DNA of 63,176 bases, the filler included, from Octopus bimaculoides (lineage: Eukaryota): the NCBI RefSeq assembly GCF_001194135.2. It is 6 parts of 6 records of this genome, joined end to end, with 100 filler letters (N's around TTAATTAATTAA, not from the genome) between each part and the next. Parts side by side here need not be neighbours in the genome. Positions count along the whole stretch, not along the records: positions 47,617 to 55,382 come from NC_068991.1; positions 55,483 to 63,176 come from NC_068996.1; 4 more parts are not named here. One strand, given 5' to 3'. The position numbers were made by a program, and so were the translations under genes. The notes under the pieces are model-generated. The model saw nothing but the letters and a program-made list of their open reading frames with translations, did no database searches and was not told where the DNA came from. Below, piece by piece: positions 51,761-63,176 of the stretch; position 1 is the first letter of the stretch, and the number at the start of each line of letters is the position of its first letter.

Positions 51761-53351
51761 GAATTAAATTTGACAAAGTACTCATAGAAGGATAGTAACT
51801 TTATGGTTATGTTGTTACCAGTGTTGTTAATTTTATTTTCAAGACACCATCTCTATGACAATTGTCAACCATGGATAAATAGGTTCTCCTTGAGGTGGAT
51901 TTGATTCCACCTGTCGTCAGTGATTTCTGTGAAATACCATCTCTAGACAGGCTGTCAACAAGACTTAAAGAGGACTGTCTATCCTTAGCTGAAGCAGGTT
52001 ATATTGTACTGGTTGCTACACTAGTACTTAATCCAAAGATTATATGTTTTCTTTTCAAACATGGTTCAGTTACACAAGTAGAAGACTTCCATCAACATCA
52101 TGTGAATATAAAAATAGCTTCACATACATTATCATGCATAAGCAAATGAAGGTTTGAGATAGATAGCTTCTATCCTTTGACAAGTTTGGTTTTATGTCCT
52201 GCTAGGTAGGAAAAAACCCTACAGTATGAAGTTATATTTCAATGCAGAGCATGGGTATAAAATATTGGTTTTTATTTGTTTGTTTCCTTTCTTTTTCATG
52301 TTAACTCAGAGAGAAAGCATTTAAGAATATGAGTTATTTCAAAAAGAGAGAGATTTTTGGACCACTCACAGGTTCAACTTAATATCTAACCAATCCAGGT
52401 GGTGTGATAGTCTTTCTGGGGACTGAAGCCACTGGACCAATTGTAACTGGTACTATTTTAACTTTTGCTGCTAGACATCCCCACATTCTTGATATCTCTA
52501 CTTTTAAATTAGCATATTTTAAGATATTTTCTACTTCCTTGCCTGTAATGTTTTTTTTGTTCAGTTTATTTTTGCGTGAAGGAATTGCAAAATTTATTAA
52601 AAGGAATTTCCCTTTTTATATCATGTACATCTGGTCAGTAGTTATTCGTCTCTGTAGGTGTCAAAATCCCATAGAACTATCAGGTTCATTTAGAGTCTTT
52701 CTCTTACATAATCATACCATTTGCTTAAAGTGTTGTATTTATATATTTTAAAAAGCAATGGTGTAGATTGAAACAAACTTTACCATAATATTGCTTATAT
52801 TCTTTCTGAGCTAACATTCAACAAGCTAGCTACAATATATCTTCCACTCACTGAGTACATAAGCCACACTTGTTGGAGCAGTGGAATAAATGCCCTTGCA
52901 TATTGAACTAGTATATTGAGTTTGATCTTGAGCAGTTACCAACAACTTTCAGTTTTACTCTTTAAATCTCCACTCTAGAGTCATTCCCACGATGAGTCAT
53001 AATTTTTTACATTCTTGGTTTCTTTGTGAAATTGCCCATGTAAATGCTTTTCTTCTCATGCTTCCTTTCTTTCACAAATTATCCTGCTTTCATATGCTTT
53101 CTTCTCATGTTCATCTTAAGTCCTTCTTCTGTAGCAGAGTGGATAATAATTTAATTGAGGAAAAGAGAAGTCAATTTAATGTTATGTAGATTTCCATGAA
53201 CAAACACCATTTATTTCATGCTACAAACAAAGTTATGCAAATCCTGCAATAAATTTAGTGTTCAATCACTTCTTCAGACATTTTACTTTGAATCATAATC
53301 AATGTACATAACAATGAGTTAACTTCTCTTTTCCTCAATTAAAATAATTAT

Positions 53352-53560
53352 ATCATGATCATTTAATGTCCTTCCATGCTGGTATGGGTTGGACAGTTTG
53401 ACAGGAACTGGTGAGTCAGGCAATTGTGTCAAGCTCTACTGTCAGTTTTGACATGGTTTCTATGGCTAGATACCCTCCCTAATGCCAACCACTTACTGAG
53501 TGTACATGGCACCAGCATCAGTGAGGTCACAAAGTAACTTGCAAGACAACTCCTTAATGA
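53352..53560 (-). mobile_element. RTE-related 3' UTR relic
   Basis: catttaatgtccttccatgctggtatgggttggacagtttgac...cctaatgccaaccact resembles the termini at 1350-1490 and 5200-5340. Confidence 0.65.
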
Positions 53561-55023
53561 GCTGAATATAGTACTTAGGGAGGTGAAAGAAGGAATGAGG
53601 GACAGGAACAGGTGTCTTGCTGAAGAGAAGATACAAGGCTTCCCCAGTTGGAAAGAGAGATGGTCAAGGCATATTCTTGGGGTACAAGGTGAATATGAAA
53701 GAGAATCCAGGGATAGAGGAACAGAAATGGTGGTTGGGTAAGTTTGAAATAGTGTGACAGATGATTAGAAATGAGGGTTGAGATGTATGCAGTGAATATC
53801 AGTTTGGGGAGGCAGTGATAATGGGACAGTAATAGAGATACAATGTTAAGTGTAGGGGGATAAATGGTATCATTTACAGTACCTGAGTGAGTTGTCTTAG
53901 TATTTTTAAACCCAGTTAGGTTCATCCCATTTTCAATGTGACCACAACTTATTACTTACAGAGAGACAAACAGAAAGAAAGCAATGGGGAGAGAAGAATC
54001 AATCTTAGTATAAGATGGGTATTTTATTTACTGATCCAAATAAGATGTGTGACAAGCTCAATTTAGGCAGTATTTGAAATAAGAACACAAGAGAAATAGA
54101 AAGTATACCACAAGGCAACCTGTACAACATTCTGCCAATTTACAACTTTAAAGTTTGAGTATACAAAAAAGGATTAAAAAAAACTAAAATAACTTTTAAA
54201 AAAATATAGGAACATCTTAGTAGAGTGAAGTATCGTATTCCTAGTAAATACTCTAGACCAGATATATGATGAAGTTTATGTATATATAAAACTATCTTAT
54301 TAAAATTTGAGAAATATCATGATCAAACTCACATTATTAGAGCTATCCAGGGTGTTTTATCCATATTACTATTTAATATCAAGAAGCTTACTTTTATTAG
54401 CAAAATTTGAAAGTTAAAAGAAAAGTATGCTAAAAATCCTCATATAAGCAAACTCAAATTTGTTGGATTAACTTGAGGCCTCTTATTATGTATACATGTA
54501 TGAAAATTAATTCCTTTAAATTTAAAATTAATTCCTTTAAATTTATAGCTACAAATTTTAGCAATTTATTCAAAATCACATAATGAGAAACAATGAATTT
54601 TAAAAAATTCATAAAAACCTTCAATTTTTCTTGATATACATAATCTCCCTCTGCATAATCTTTCATGAGTTGATTCAAAGGAAGTCGATCACTCATAAGA
54701 GGCTGAGAACAAACAACCTAACAGGAATAAAAAAAATTGGTAAATCAATGTTTGATGAATACTTTAAATGTCTTCATGACTTAACAAACACTAAGGAGCT
54801 AACAAAATGATGGTATCTTGAAAAAAATATAGCAAAATAAAAACTTTCCACATTTCTTTTTAAACAAAAAGTTATAACAAGAACTCAAATAAAGGGACTG
54901 TTACTTTTGTTTCTTTAAAGTTACTGAAACAAAAGTTCTTGCATATTGTATACACAAAGATTCATACAAACATATGACATCAAATTCAGTCTACAGAAAC
55001 TTTTGTCATTAATACAAGACTGT

Positions 55024-55382
55024 TTAACCCTTTCGTTACCAAACCGCCCAAAGCCGCCCGAAAAAGATTTTGGTTCAGCAATAGTTTTGTACGACGATCA
55101 ACATGTTTTTTTAATTTTGTGAATTTTGGGAGATTTTTTTCCAAATTTGTTCCTGTTGTGTTTTCAAAATTTGTAATCCTGACAAAAAAATGGATACGAA
55201 TTTTATTCTGTCAAGCAGCGAGTCAGAATTCGAAGGATTTTCCGTTGAAGACCTTGATAAATCTAACTCTGTAATCGAAAAAAAAAAAAGCACGTGGTAT
55301 TTGATAATGAATCTGAGGTTTCATTTTCCGAAAATGAAAGCAGTGAATCCGAGAGCTCCGATGATAGCGATAAAGAGAATGA
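55024..55382 (+). mobile_element. piggyBac-like element 5' end (TTAA + CCCTTT...), truncated by a gap
   Basis: TTAA at 55024-27 followed by ccctttcgttacc. An acidic, Ser-rich transposase-like N-terminus starts at 55190 (SSSESEFEGFS...; after a frameshift in the A-run, FDNESEVSFSENESSESESSDDSDKEN). Confidence 0.6.
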
Positions 55383-55528
55383 NNNNNNNNNNNNNNNNNN
55401 NNNNNNNNNNNNNNNNNNNNNNNNNNTTAATTAATTAANNNNNNNNNNNNNNNNNNNNNNNNNNNNNNNNNNNNNNNNNNNNTATTATTATTATCATCAT
55501 CATCATCATCATCATCATCGTCGTTGTC

Positions 55529-55591
<63 letters not shown>

Positions 55592-55613
55592 CATTATTAT
55601 TATTATTATTATT

Positions 55614-55646
<33 letters not shown>

Positions 55647-55655
55647 GTCGTTGTC

Positions 55656-55692
<37 letters not shown>

Positions 55693-55721
55693 GCTATTGC
55701 TGCCATTGTTAAGGTTGTGGT

Positions 55722-55925
55722 TTGACAGAATCATCAGAAAGTCAAGTGAAATGCATACGGATTTATTCTGGTTCTTCATGCTCTGAGATCAAATCCTGCC
55801 ATAGTTAACTTTGCCTTTCACTCTTCCAGGGTTGATAAAAAAAATTACAAATCAACTACTGTAGGTGAAACTATCAAGTGTTCTCCTCCACCAAATTTCA
55901 GGCCCTGTGTCTTTATCAGAAACAA
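55722..55925 (+). mobile_element. SINE family B, degenerate
   Basis: ctctgagatcaaatcctgcc..aactttgcctttcactcttccagggttgataaa..ccaaatttcaggccctgtg matches the body of 27629-27846. Confidence 0.55.
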
Positions 55926-56089
55926 TTATCATCATTATTATTATTGACGGTTATGTTGATGATAATGATGAAGATGAAGAGGAGGAGGAGGAGGAGGAGG
56001 AAGTTAACGGTGAGGATGATAATAATGATAATAGTAAATGAAATAGTTTAAAATGCTTTTTTATTATAACAAAAACTTTGTTGCTAAAA

Positions 56090-56171
<82 letters not shown>

Positions 56172-56181
56172 GTCGTTGTTG

Positions 56182-56222
<41 letters not shown>

Positions 56223-56226
56223 GTTG

Positions 56227-56276
<50 letters not shown>

Positions 56277-56310
56277 ATTATTATTATTATTATTATTATT
56301 ATTGTTGTTG

Positions 56311-56353
<43 letters not shown>

Positions 56354-56395
56354 TGCTACTACTACTATTACAACTACTACAACTATAACTGTTAC

Positions 56396-56458
<63 letters not shown>
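56090..56458. repeat. Compound (TTA)n/(TTG)n/(CTA)n array
   Basis: Direct observation. Confidence 0.95.
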
Positions 56459-56459
<1 letters not shown>

Positions 56460-57009
56460 AGATGGATATATTTATTCAAAATGATTACTCTATCTTTTAT
56501 TAACAATGATGAATAAACATAAAGAAATCACTATTATTATGGTTGTCGCTTTTGTTATTGCCATAAATAAATTTATTATTGCAACTTTTATTAGAATTTT
56601 GGACAAAATATCTTGTACTATTTGTTTTGATACTTATTTATTTAAGTTCAATTTCAATCGAAATGATTTTCATCTTTCATAATTCCAAGGACGATGAAAT
56701 AAAGTACCAATATAAGTAGTTGGGACGATGATATCAACAACCCTTCGCCTAAAAGTTTAACCTTGAGCTTAATTCAGATACCATTATTATCAATGTTGTC
56801 GCTTCTCTATCGACACGGGATGCGCCTCATGCCCGTAAGTTTGTTGTTATGTATATTGTTACACATTGTTTTTCATTGTATATTTGTTATCGTTACACAG
56901 ATAGACTAACCAGAAACTTAGGGAGCTGTCTAGTTCTTCTTTTGTAACCATTAGGGGCGTATTTGGTGTTTGTGTAGGCTGATACGTTCCTCATTTTTTA
57001 CTTTAAAAT

Positions 57010-57900
57010 GATGGCGAACGGGAATTTACGTCCGCTGAAAAAGAGCAGCAAGTCGTGCGCAAAACAGAACAACTAAGTCATAAAAGACAGTGACAGCTTT
57101 AACAGCAGCAGCAACAAGAACAAGAAAAATAGCGTGCGTGAAGTCTTTCACCACTACCACCATTATCGCCAGTGGCAACAGCAAACCTACCACCGCCACC
57201 AACATCATTAACGAAAAAGATAACAAACGAAACGAACGACGCATATCCACTCATAGCAATTTCGCTCAAGCTACAACATAAGTAAGCGAAGATATTGTAT
57301 CAATGAAAATAAAGTGATAAGTGCAAAATGTATGCTGCAGAAATATGGGAGAAATGTTGCACTAAATATACTTAGATCTGGAGTAAAAAGTAGACAAGGT
57401 GAACAGGCAACATACCAGCAGATGGAAAAATGTTTACGACCGGTTTGCAGAGCAAAATCTATATAGCTAGGGGTAAAAATATGGGATTATCGAAGTGAGG
57501 TTCACTTCAGAAGAGGAGGCCAAAAATAACCGAACAGCCACCTTAACGAGTGGCGTAGTCATCCTCATTCCCATCTACCTTAGCCGACGCGTATTCAAAG
57601 TAAGAATACTAAATATATCACCAGAAATAAACATCTGCTGGTGTTTGGCTGCGGACCACTTCGAAATAGAAGACAAAATCACTATTCTGCGGAGAAAGAC
57701 AATACAGAAACAAAACCGGTTAGGACAGTGTATGCAGTTATTAATCCAGACAGATCAGCAAAGTGTCGAGGCTATCCCGGATTTCCAAGCCTAGTAGATA
57801 GTACAAAGCTTCACGTGGTTGTTGGGGACAGAAGGTCGAGATGTCACCTGTGCAGAGACACAAATGACCTCAAAAGAAATTCATCTTTGCTACTTAGGAG
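57010..57900 (+). pseudogene. Degenerate LINE ORF1 (gag-like; L1/Tx1-like), no ORF2 adjacent
   Basis: IIEVRFTSEEEAK...LIPIYLSRRVFKVRILNISPEI (RRM-like) followed by LHVVVGDRRSRCHLCRDTNDLKRNS (decayed CCHC knuckle). Low-complexity N-terminus; multiple stops and frameshifts. Confidence 0.5.
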
Positions 57901-58353
57901 TTTTGACCCGTCGGAAGAATGAATAGGCTCCGTATCATCCTTCTTTTTAGACAAAATACATCTTTCAGATAGTCATACAATGCGTTCAGGTTGTGAGTGT
58001 TAGTAGCCAGTTCCAATTCTTGCGCTTTTTTGGCTCACCAAGAATTTTTTATCTTACGCAATTTTTTTCTGGGCACTTTTCTTAGAGGAAATATATAGGC
58101 ATCTGGGGGTGATTGTGAGTTTTGTTTCAGATTCATGCTTTGAGTATTTTGTGCATAGTTTCAAGGAGAGGCTTGATTTGAAAATCATTCTTATCGAACA
58201 ATATTAGTGCTTGCATTTTCCGAATCCTAGTACTTCTTGATTCGATGCTTTCAAGAATATTGTGCCACAAAACTTCTGGATCTTTGCATTCCTTATATTT
58301 CCAAGCTTTGATTTTAGATGCATATCGTAATTTTTTTTACAACAGCAACAACA

Positions 58354-58419
<66 letters not shown>

Positions 58420-58420
58420 T

Positions 58421-58911
58421 TGATTGCAAGTGTTATGTACATTGTTTTGTCTTGGTATAAAAGATGGGCTACAACAAATATTCTGCTCAATACCACAGAT
58501 TTGCTTGTCAGTTGTTTGACCTTAGCCAGTTGAGCATGTTCCTTGGTGGCTGACGATATGTGCATCTCTGATGACGAGCAGAAGTAGTTGGGGAGCATCA
58601 TAGCCATGTGTTGAGAGGAATCCTTTGGAGTTTGAATAATTCACCTTTGGAAACATGGGTGTTTTGCTCAACATCCTTAAACAACCCTTATTCAGGGACC
58701 TTTTGAGCGGGTAGGCTACTCGACCTGAAGAAAATTCTAGCTGCAAGGTCATGCGCTGTTTATCTTGATATGAGATCACGATGTCACGCACATATGGTTG
58801 TGATGCACGTGCCTGGTGTGCACTTATCAGACGGGTAGTCATGATGGGTATATTGGGCTTCGTATATTTTACCCCCGGGTCACTTTAATGGCATGCACTG
58901 CTCTCTCACTC
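58421..58911 (+). mobile_element. Non-coding ~490-bp repeat with (AAT)n on both sides (SINE-like or LINE 3' UTR)
   Basis: Second copy at 59443-59905. Ends ctgctctctcactc+(aat)n. No convincing ORF. Confidence 0.65.
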
Positions 58912-58930
58912 AATAATAATAATAATAATA

Positions 58931-59335
58931 GTAAATTCTGGTGTAGCCAGAAGCCTTTGCATGGACAGTATATACTTCGGAGCCGAAATGCCAAAGTAGA
59001 CCAAGCAAGAATCCATCAGTGGCTGAAATATTCTGGACTAAAAACAGAGGCTGAAGATTTCATATTGGCCGCACAAGATCAAAGCTTGCTTACCAAAAAA
59101 ATAGTACTAATAGGCAATTCCTATCATAGTAGGCGTATTAGGTTTGATAAAAAAATATTCAGATAATTACATAGCAAAAACACCAGGACTAACAAGTATA
59201 TATAATATACACAAAATAGCACTACTAGGCACCGCACACATCCTGCGTAAAACAATTTCAATAAGAGCATCGCAACAAACCACAGCACAGAGCCAAGACA
59301 CACAGAACTGCGCTCGGTAGTGAAAATACATGATC
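58931..59335 (+). mobile_element. R4/Dong-like element (family 2) with internal deletion
   Basis: W.SQKPLHGQY...WLKYSGLKTEAEDFILAAQDQSLLT joined to AIPIIVGVLGLIKKYSD...KIALLGTAHILRK and a 3' UTR matching the reverse complement of 18782-18960. Confidence 0.85.
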
Positions 59336-59343
59336 AAAAGAAG

Positions 59344-59409
<66 letters not shown>

Positions 59410-59442
59410 GCTGCTGCTTCTACTAACAACAACAACAACATT

Positions 59443-59905
59443 TGCCCTCATGGTTTCTGATCTTAACTGATTGTAAGTTTTATCATGTACAATTCTTGTC
59501 TTGGTATAAAAGATATGGTTGGAATGGCTGTGAGTGGTAGAATGGGAAATGAATGGAATGCCTGCTGTATTTTGTTGTAGTTACCCACTCCTAAAAAAAA
59601 ATGAGGAATAGGCCTCTGTATATATATATGCATAAAAGATGTGCTGCAGCCAATATTTTGCTCAATATAACAGTTTTGCTTGTCCGTTACTTGACCATGA
59701 CCAGTTGAGCATATTCGTAAATGGTTGCCGACTTGTGCATCTGTGATCACGAGCAATCATACTGGGGCGGGCATCATAACCATGTGTTGAGAGAAATTCT
59801 TTGGGGTTTGAATAATTACCCTCTGGAAACATAGGCGTTTCGATCAACATCCTTAAACAATCCTTATTGAAGGACCTGAAGAAAACTACTCGACCCGAAG
59901 CAAAT
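59443..59905 (+). mobile_element. Second copy of the 58421-58911 repeat, with a 117-bp insertion
   Basis: Colinear similarity (gtcttggtataaaagat, ccagttgagcat, ggaaacat.gg.gttt, caacatccttaaacaa). Confidence 0.7.
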
Positions 59906-60629
59906 TATAGTACTGATTTATGGGATCGATGTAATCGACTACCCCGTCCCCGCAATTTCAGGCCTTGTTTTCCCATTCCGCGGAGCCAATGATCTGAAAT
60001 ATGTTGAGAAGTCAGGACAAATGTTATGTGACCGACTTCTTGACACGGCTTGAACATAATAACAGAGAATTTTTCCCAAATTCCTATACACCCTATCATT
60101 TTGTCTCACACTGAATTTCTCAGTTAATGTCCTTACCGCACTTTGTTTAGTCACCACACAAAAAACAATTAATTTTTTTTCTGTGATATTTATGTTTAGG
60201 ACAGTTTAAATTTACCACTAAAACAAGTACTAACAGCACAGATAACAACACTCTACTCGCCAGAAACATAACTCTTACGGTTCAACAAGTTCAAATAATT
60301 TATCCCTAGATTGGTCAATACGATTGTAGTCTTTTGCTCTTGTATACGCATTTGAATTAGTCGTTGGAAACTCGCCAGAAAAGTTTTTATTTTGATCAAT
60401 CAGAAATGCGAGTCCATTTTAAATTTTGCCTTAAGAACAATTAACTTTTTCATTTCCCGTCCTAGAAATATGACTAAAAGCAATGATTTTTCATATAAAC
60501 ATTCACAACAATATTTGTCACCTACTAGGTTCCATGCTTTAAATGAATAATTCTAAAAAAAAATAAAATATTAGTCAGAAATCAAATGAAAGTAATACTA
60601 TGCAAAACACCTGCCCAAGAAAATATATC

Positions 60630-62620
60630 ACAGTAGAGAATAAGTCGGTTACGAATTTATCTAAGTTAAAGCTTTCTCCACACGATATAGCTGTCTTAGA
60701 GTTTGAACTGAGCTTCTGCCCGAGTTCTAAGAATTTCGACAAAAATAAATTAGCTCGATAGTTATTTCAAATGAAGATGAGCCAATCTGGCATGATTAGA
60801 TTTAAAAGTATACAAATTGGTATCCGAATGAAATTCGAAACGGACGTTCAGAAGCATGCTGGATTTCTTGAATCTTGTCAGACAGGCATTAAGGCAAGCC
60901 TTAAAACAGATACAAAGAACACGTGGAATAACCCCACAAACTCCCAGAGCAACGCACTCAGTCGTCTATTGAGTCTATTGATATTTATATGGCGGATAGG
61001 AGAGGCGCTATTGTAATTATGGACAAGAGTGAGAATATTTCGGCTTGTGAAGAAGTTGTGAACCCAAATTACAGAGAGGAACTTGGCATAATTTTAGAAA
61101 TGGAGGAAAACAATTTCGTAAATGCTATTGAATCTAGGATTTGGTGCTCAGAAAAAAAAACTTTCTTTGTGCCCAAATTGCATTGGATATGAATGTCACA
61201 CAGTCAAGAATTTGGAGTGATTCGATGCTTTGTACTTATTGTTGCAAAAAGATCAAGTTCCTGTATTCGGGATATTTTTGATTTTTGTATTCAAAATTAA
61301 CAATTTTTCTAAGCACTGAAGTAGTATTGAAAACTTTTCGATAACTAAGAATATTTCTTCGCTATAACCACAATGTGGAGCCACGTATGAATAAGTTTCA
61401 AAACGGTCAAGCATAAGTATTCCATCAAATTCTTTTTGTAAATTATTGAACCTTGTGTTACAAACCAATGCAAGGAAATTTGAACATTCAGACGAGGAGC
61501 CGCGCTATGCGTACACCACCCCATGGTAATTGTTTTCACTAATGTCTTCATAATAAAATTCAAGAATAATTAATTGAGACATTGAAATACCTACATGGTC
61601 GTGAACTAATGCTTTGGTTAGCTTCACCGATGATGTCGTTTTTGTCTGGGAAGAATCGCAGGATAGTTATAGTTTAACTTCTTCCAATTTTGTAACTGTT
61701 ACGAAAAATTCATGTCTAGTTTTCAAAAGTTTCAGAGGGTAGAATATTGACAGACTTATTTAGCAAGCCCACATTGTACACTTATCCACCGTCGCTCCAA
61801 TCGTCATCATCATACGAATAAGTCAAATCCGATGACCCAATTTTTGAAGATAAAATGGATTTGTACAGAGACAGGGATATCTGGAAACATGCAAATGGTT
61901 TGTATATCATTATGTCAAACGCGGTAACAGTGAATCACGATTAAAGAAAATCGCAAATGGCATCAAATCAGTAAGGGAAGTCAATGTTTCACACAATTTT
62001 AACAGCCAAAATAAAACGTGTGATCGAGTTCCTTTAGTGATAAATTGGCACCGAAATTTGACTAGCATTTCAAAAGTATTGCTTGAAAGTTACCAGCATA
62101 TTGCAGAAAAATATCCTCGTTTCAAACAAATATTCTCCCGGCCAACTAATGTAGCCTTTAAAAGCAATAAAAATATTAGAACTATTAACTACTACCGCTA
62201 TCCCAAGAAAATTACCATTTGAGTTTCAGAGAGCTTCACCTCGTAAAACAGTTGCACGAGTTGGAGGCTTGTTCAATGTGCAACAACATGAGTCAAATCG
62301 ATTCCATCACAAATCATAACAGAAATGTTATGATTTGCACAGAAGGTACAACGTGTAGAGATTCCCATTTGGTGTACACAACAGAATGCATCAAACATGA
62401 CGTGATTTATTTTGATTGAAGAACAGAACAATTAAATAAAAGATTCAGTGGACATAGGTGTGATGTCAGGTACAAAAGCTAAACATTTTACATCAAATGG
62501 CTGTGACGTTGAGGAACACCTGAAAGAACACGTTCTTAAAAAAATATATTCGAAGTCAACTGTTCTTTCAGTCCTCAAAATACATGAGGACAAATATATT
62601 TCTGAATTGTTAATGTCACA
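60630..62620 (+). mobile_element. Penelope-like element, heavily decayed (RT + GIY-YIG)
   Basis: VTNLSKLKLSPHDIAVL...FCP; ADRRGAIVIMDK; QTRSRAMRT..FTNVFI; FTDDVVFVW (~61620-61650); HLVYTTECIKHDVIYFD*RTEQLNKRFSGHRCDV. Confidence 0.78.
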
Positions 62621-62999
62621 CCCTGGAGTAACGAATGAAATAACAGGCGAATTTCATCATCTTTACGCAAAACTGTTTGACTACGTGTCCTTTTCCCTGT
62701 TTTTTCCCCCGTGTTTTGACTTGTTACAGCCATAAAAAAAAAGCGAAAACCCATGCTGTTATTTTGTCTAAAAAGAAACGTAGGATATTCCCGTTTCTGT
62801 ATTTCTGAGTTTTTGTTTTATTTTACATTTTGAACTGGAGACAGACAGAAAGTGTGTCGAAATATTGTTCAATTCGTTCAATTAAATAAACAGAACCAAT
62901 CGCTATTAAAAATCGCATTGTGAATTATAAGAAAAATCTTTTATTTACCTTCATGAAGAGTTACGTCAATCTTCACAAATTATTATTATTATTATTATT

Positions 63000-63176
63000 G
63001 TTCAGTAGTTTTATTTTTATAACGTGCTTTCACTTCACTACCGAGCGCAGCTCTGTGCGCCTTGGGTATGTGCTGTGGTTTGCTGTGTTTACTGTATTGA
63101 AAGTGTTTTGCGTAGAATGTGTGCAGTACCCAGTAGTGCAATTTTCTGTATGTTATATATATTTGTGAGTCCTGAT
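63000..63176 (-). mobile_element. R4/Dong-like element 3' end (family 2), continues beyond the window
   Basis: Near-identical to 18782-18968, with the same junction (att)n-gttcagtag. Confidence 0.88.

Noticed and set aside
57930-58260. Possible coding relic on the minus strand
   Set aside because: Multiple stops and no recognisable family motif; it cannot be supported.

Overview
AT-rich, microsatellite-dense, transposon-dominated animal DNA. The SINE/LINE families and repeat density are most consistent with an octopus/cephalopod draft assembly (inference from pattern recognition, not a database search). I found no intact host protein-coding gene, tRNA or rRNA. Most long ORFs in the track are N-gap or microsatellite read-throughs. 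Content: two decayed mariner elements; RTE-clade LINE fragments with a variable-length tandem-repeat 3' UTR; CR1/L2-type LINE fragments; at least five R4/Dong-like (restriction-like endonuclease) retrotransposon fragments, all sitting in (TAA)n arrays with the same polarity; two Penelope-like (RT + GIY-YIG) remnants; a solo L1/Tx1-like ORF1 remnant; a piggyBac 5' end; MITEs; and three tRNA-derived SINE families. Five identical 100-bp synthetic spacers (N44-TTAATTAATTAA-N44) mean adjacency across them cannot be trusted. The most interesting signals are (i) minimal hammerhead-ribozyme-like folds with palindromic stem III and a shared A-stemII-A variant architecture (best at 38729-38773, plus an inverted pair at 32122-32487), and (ii) stacked TAA-targeted retrotransposons with a possible non-coding TAA-tailed partner element. 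Coordinates of degenerate elements are approximate.
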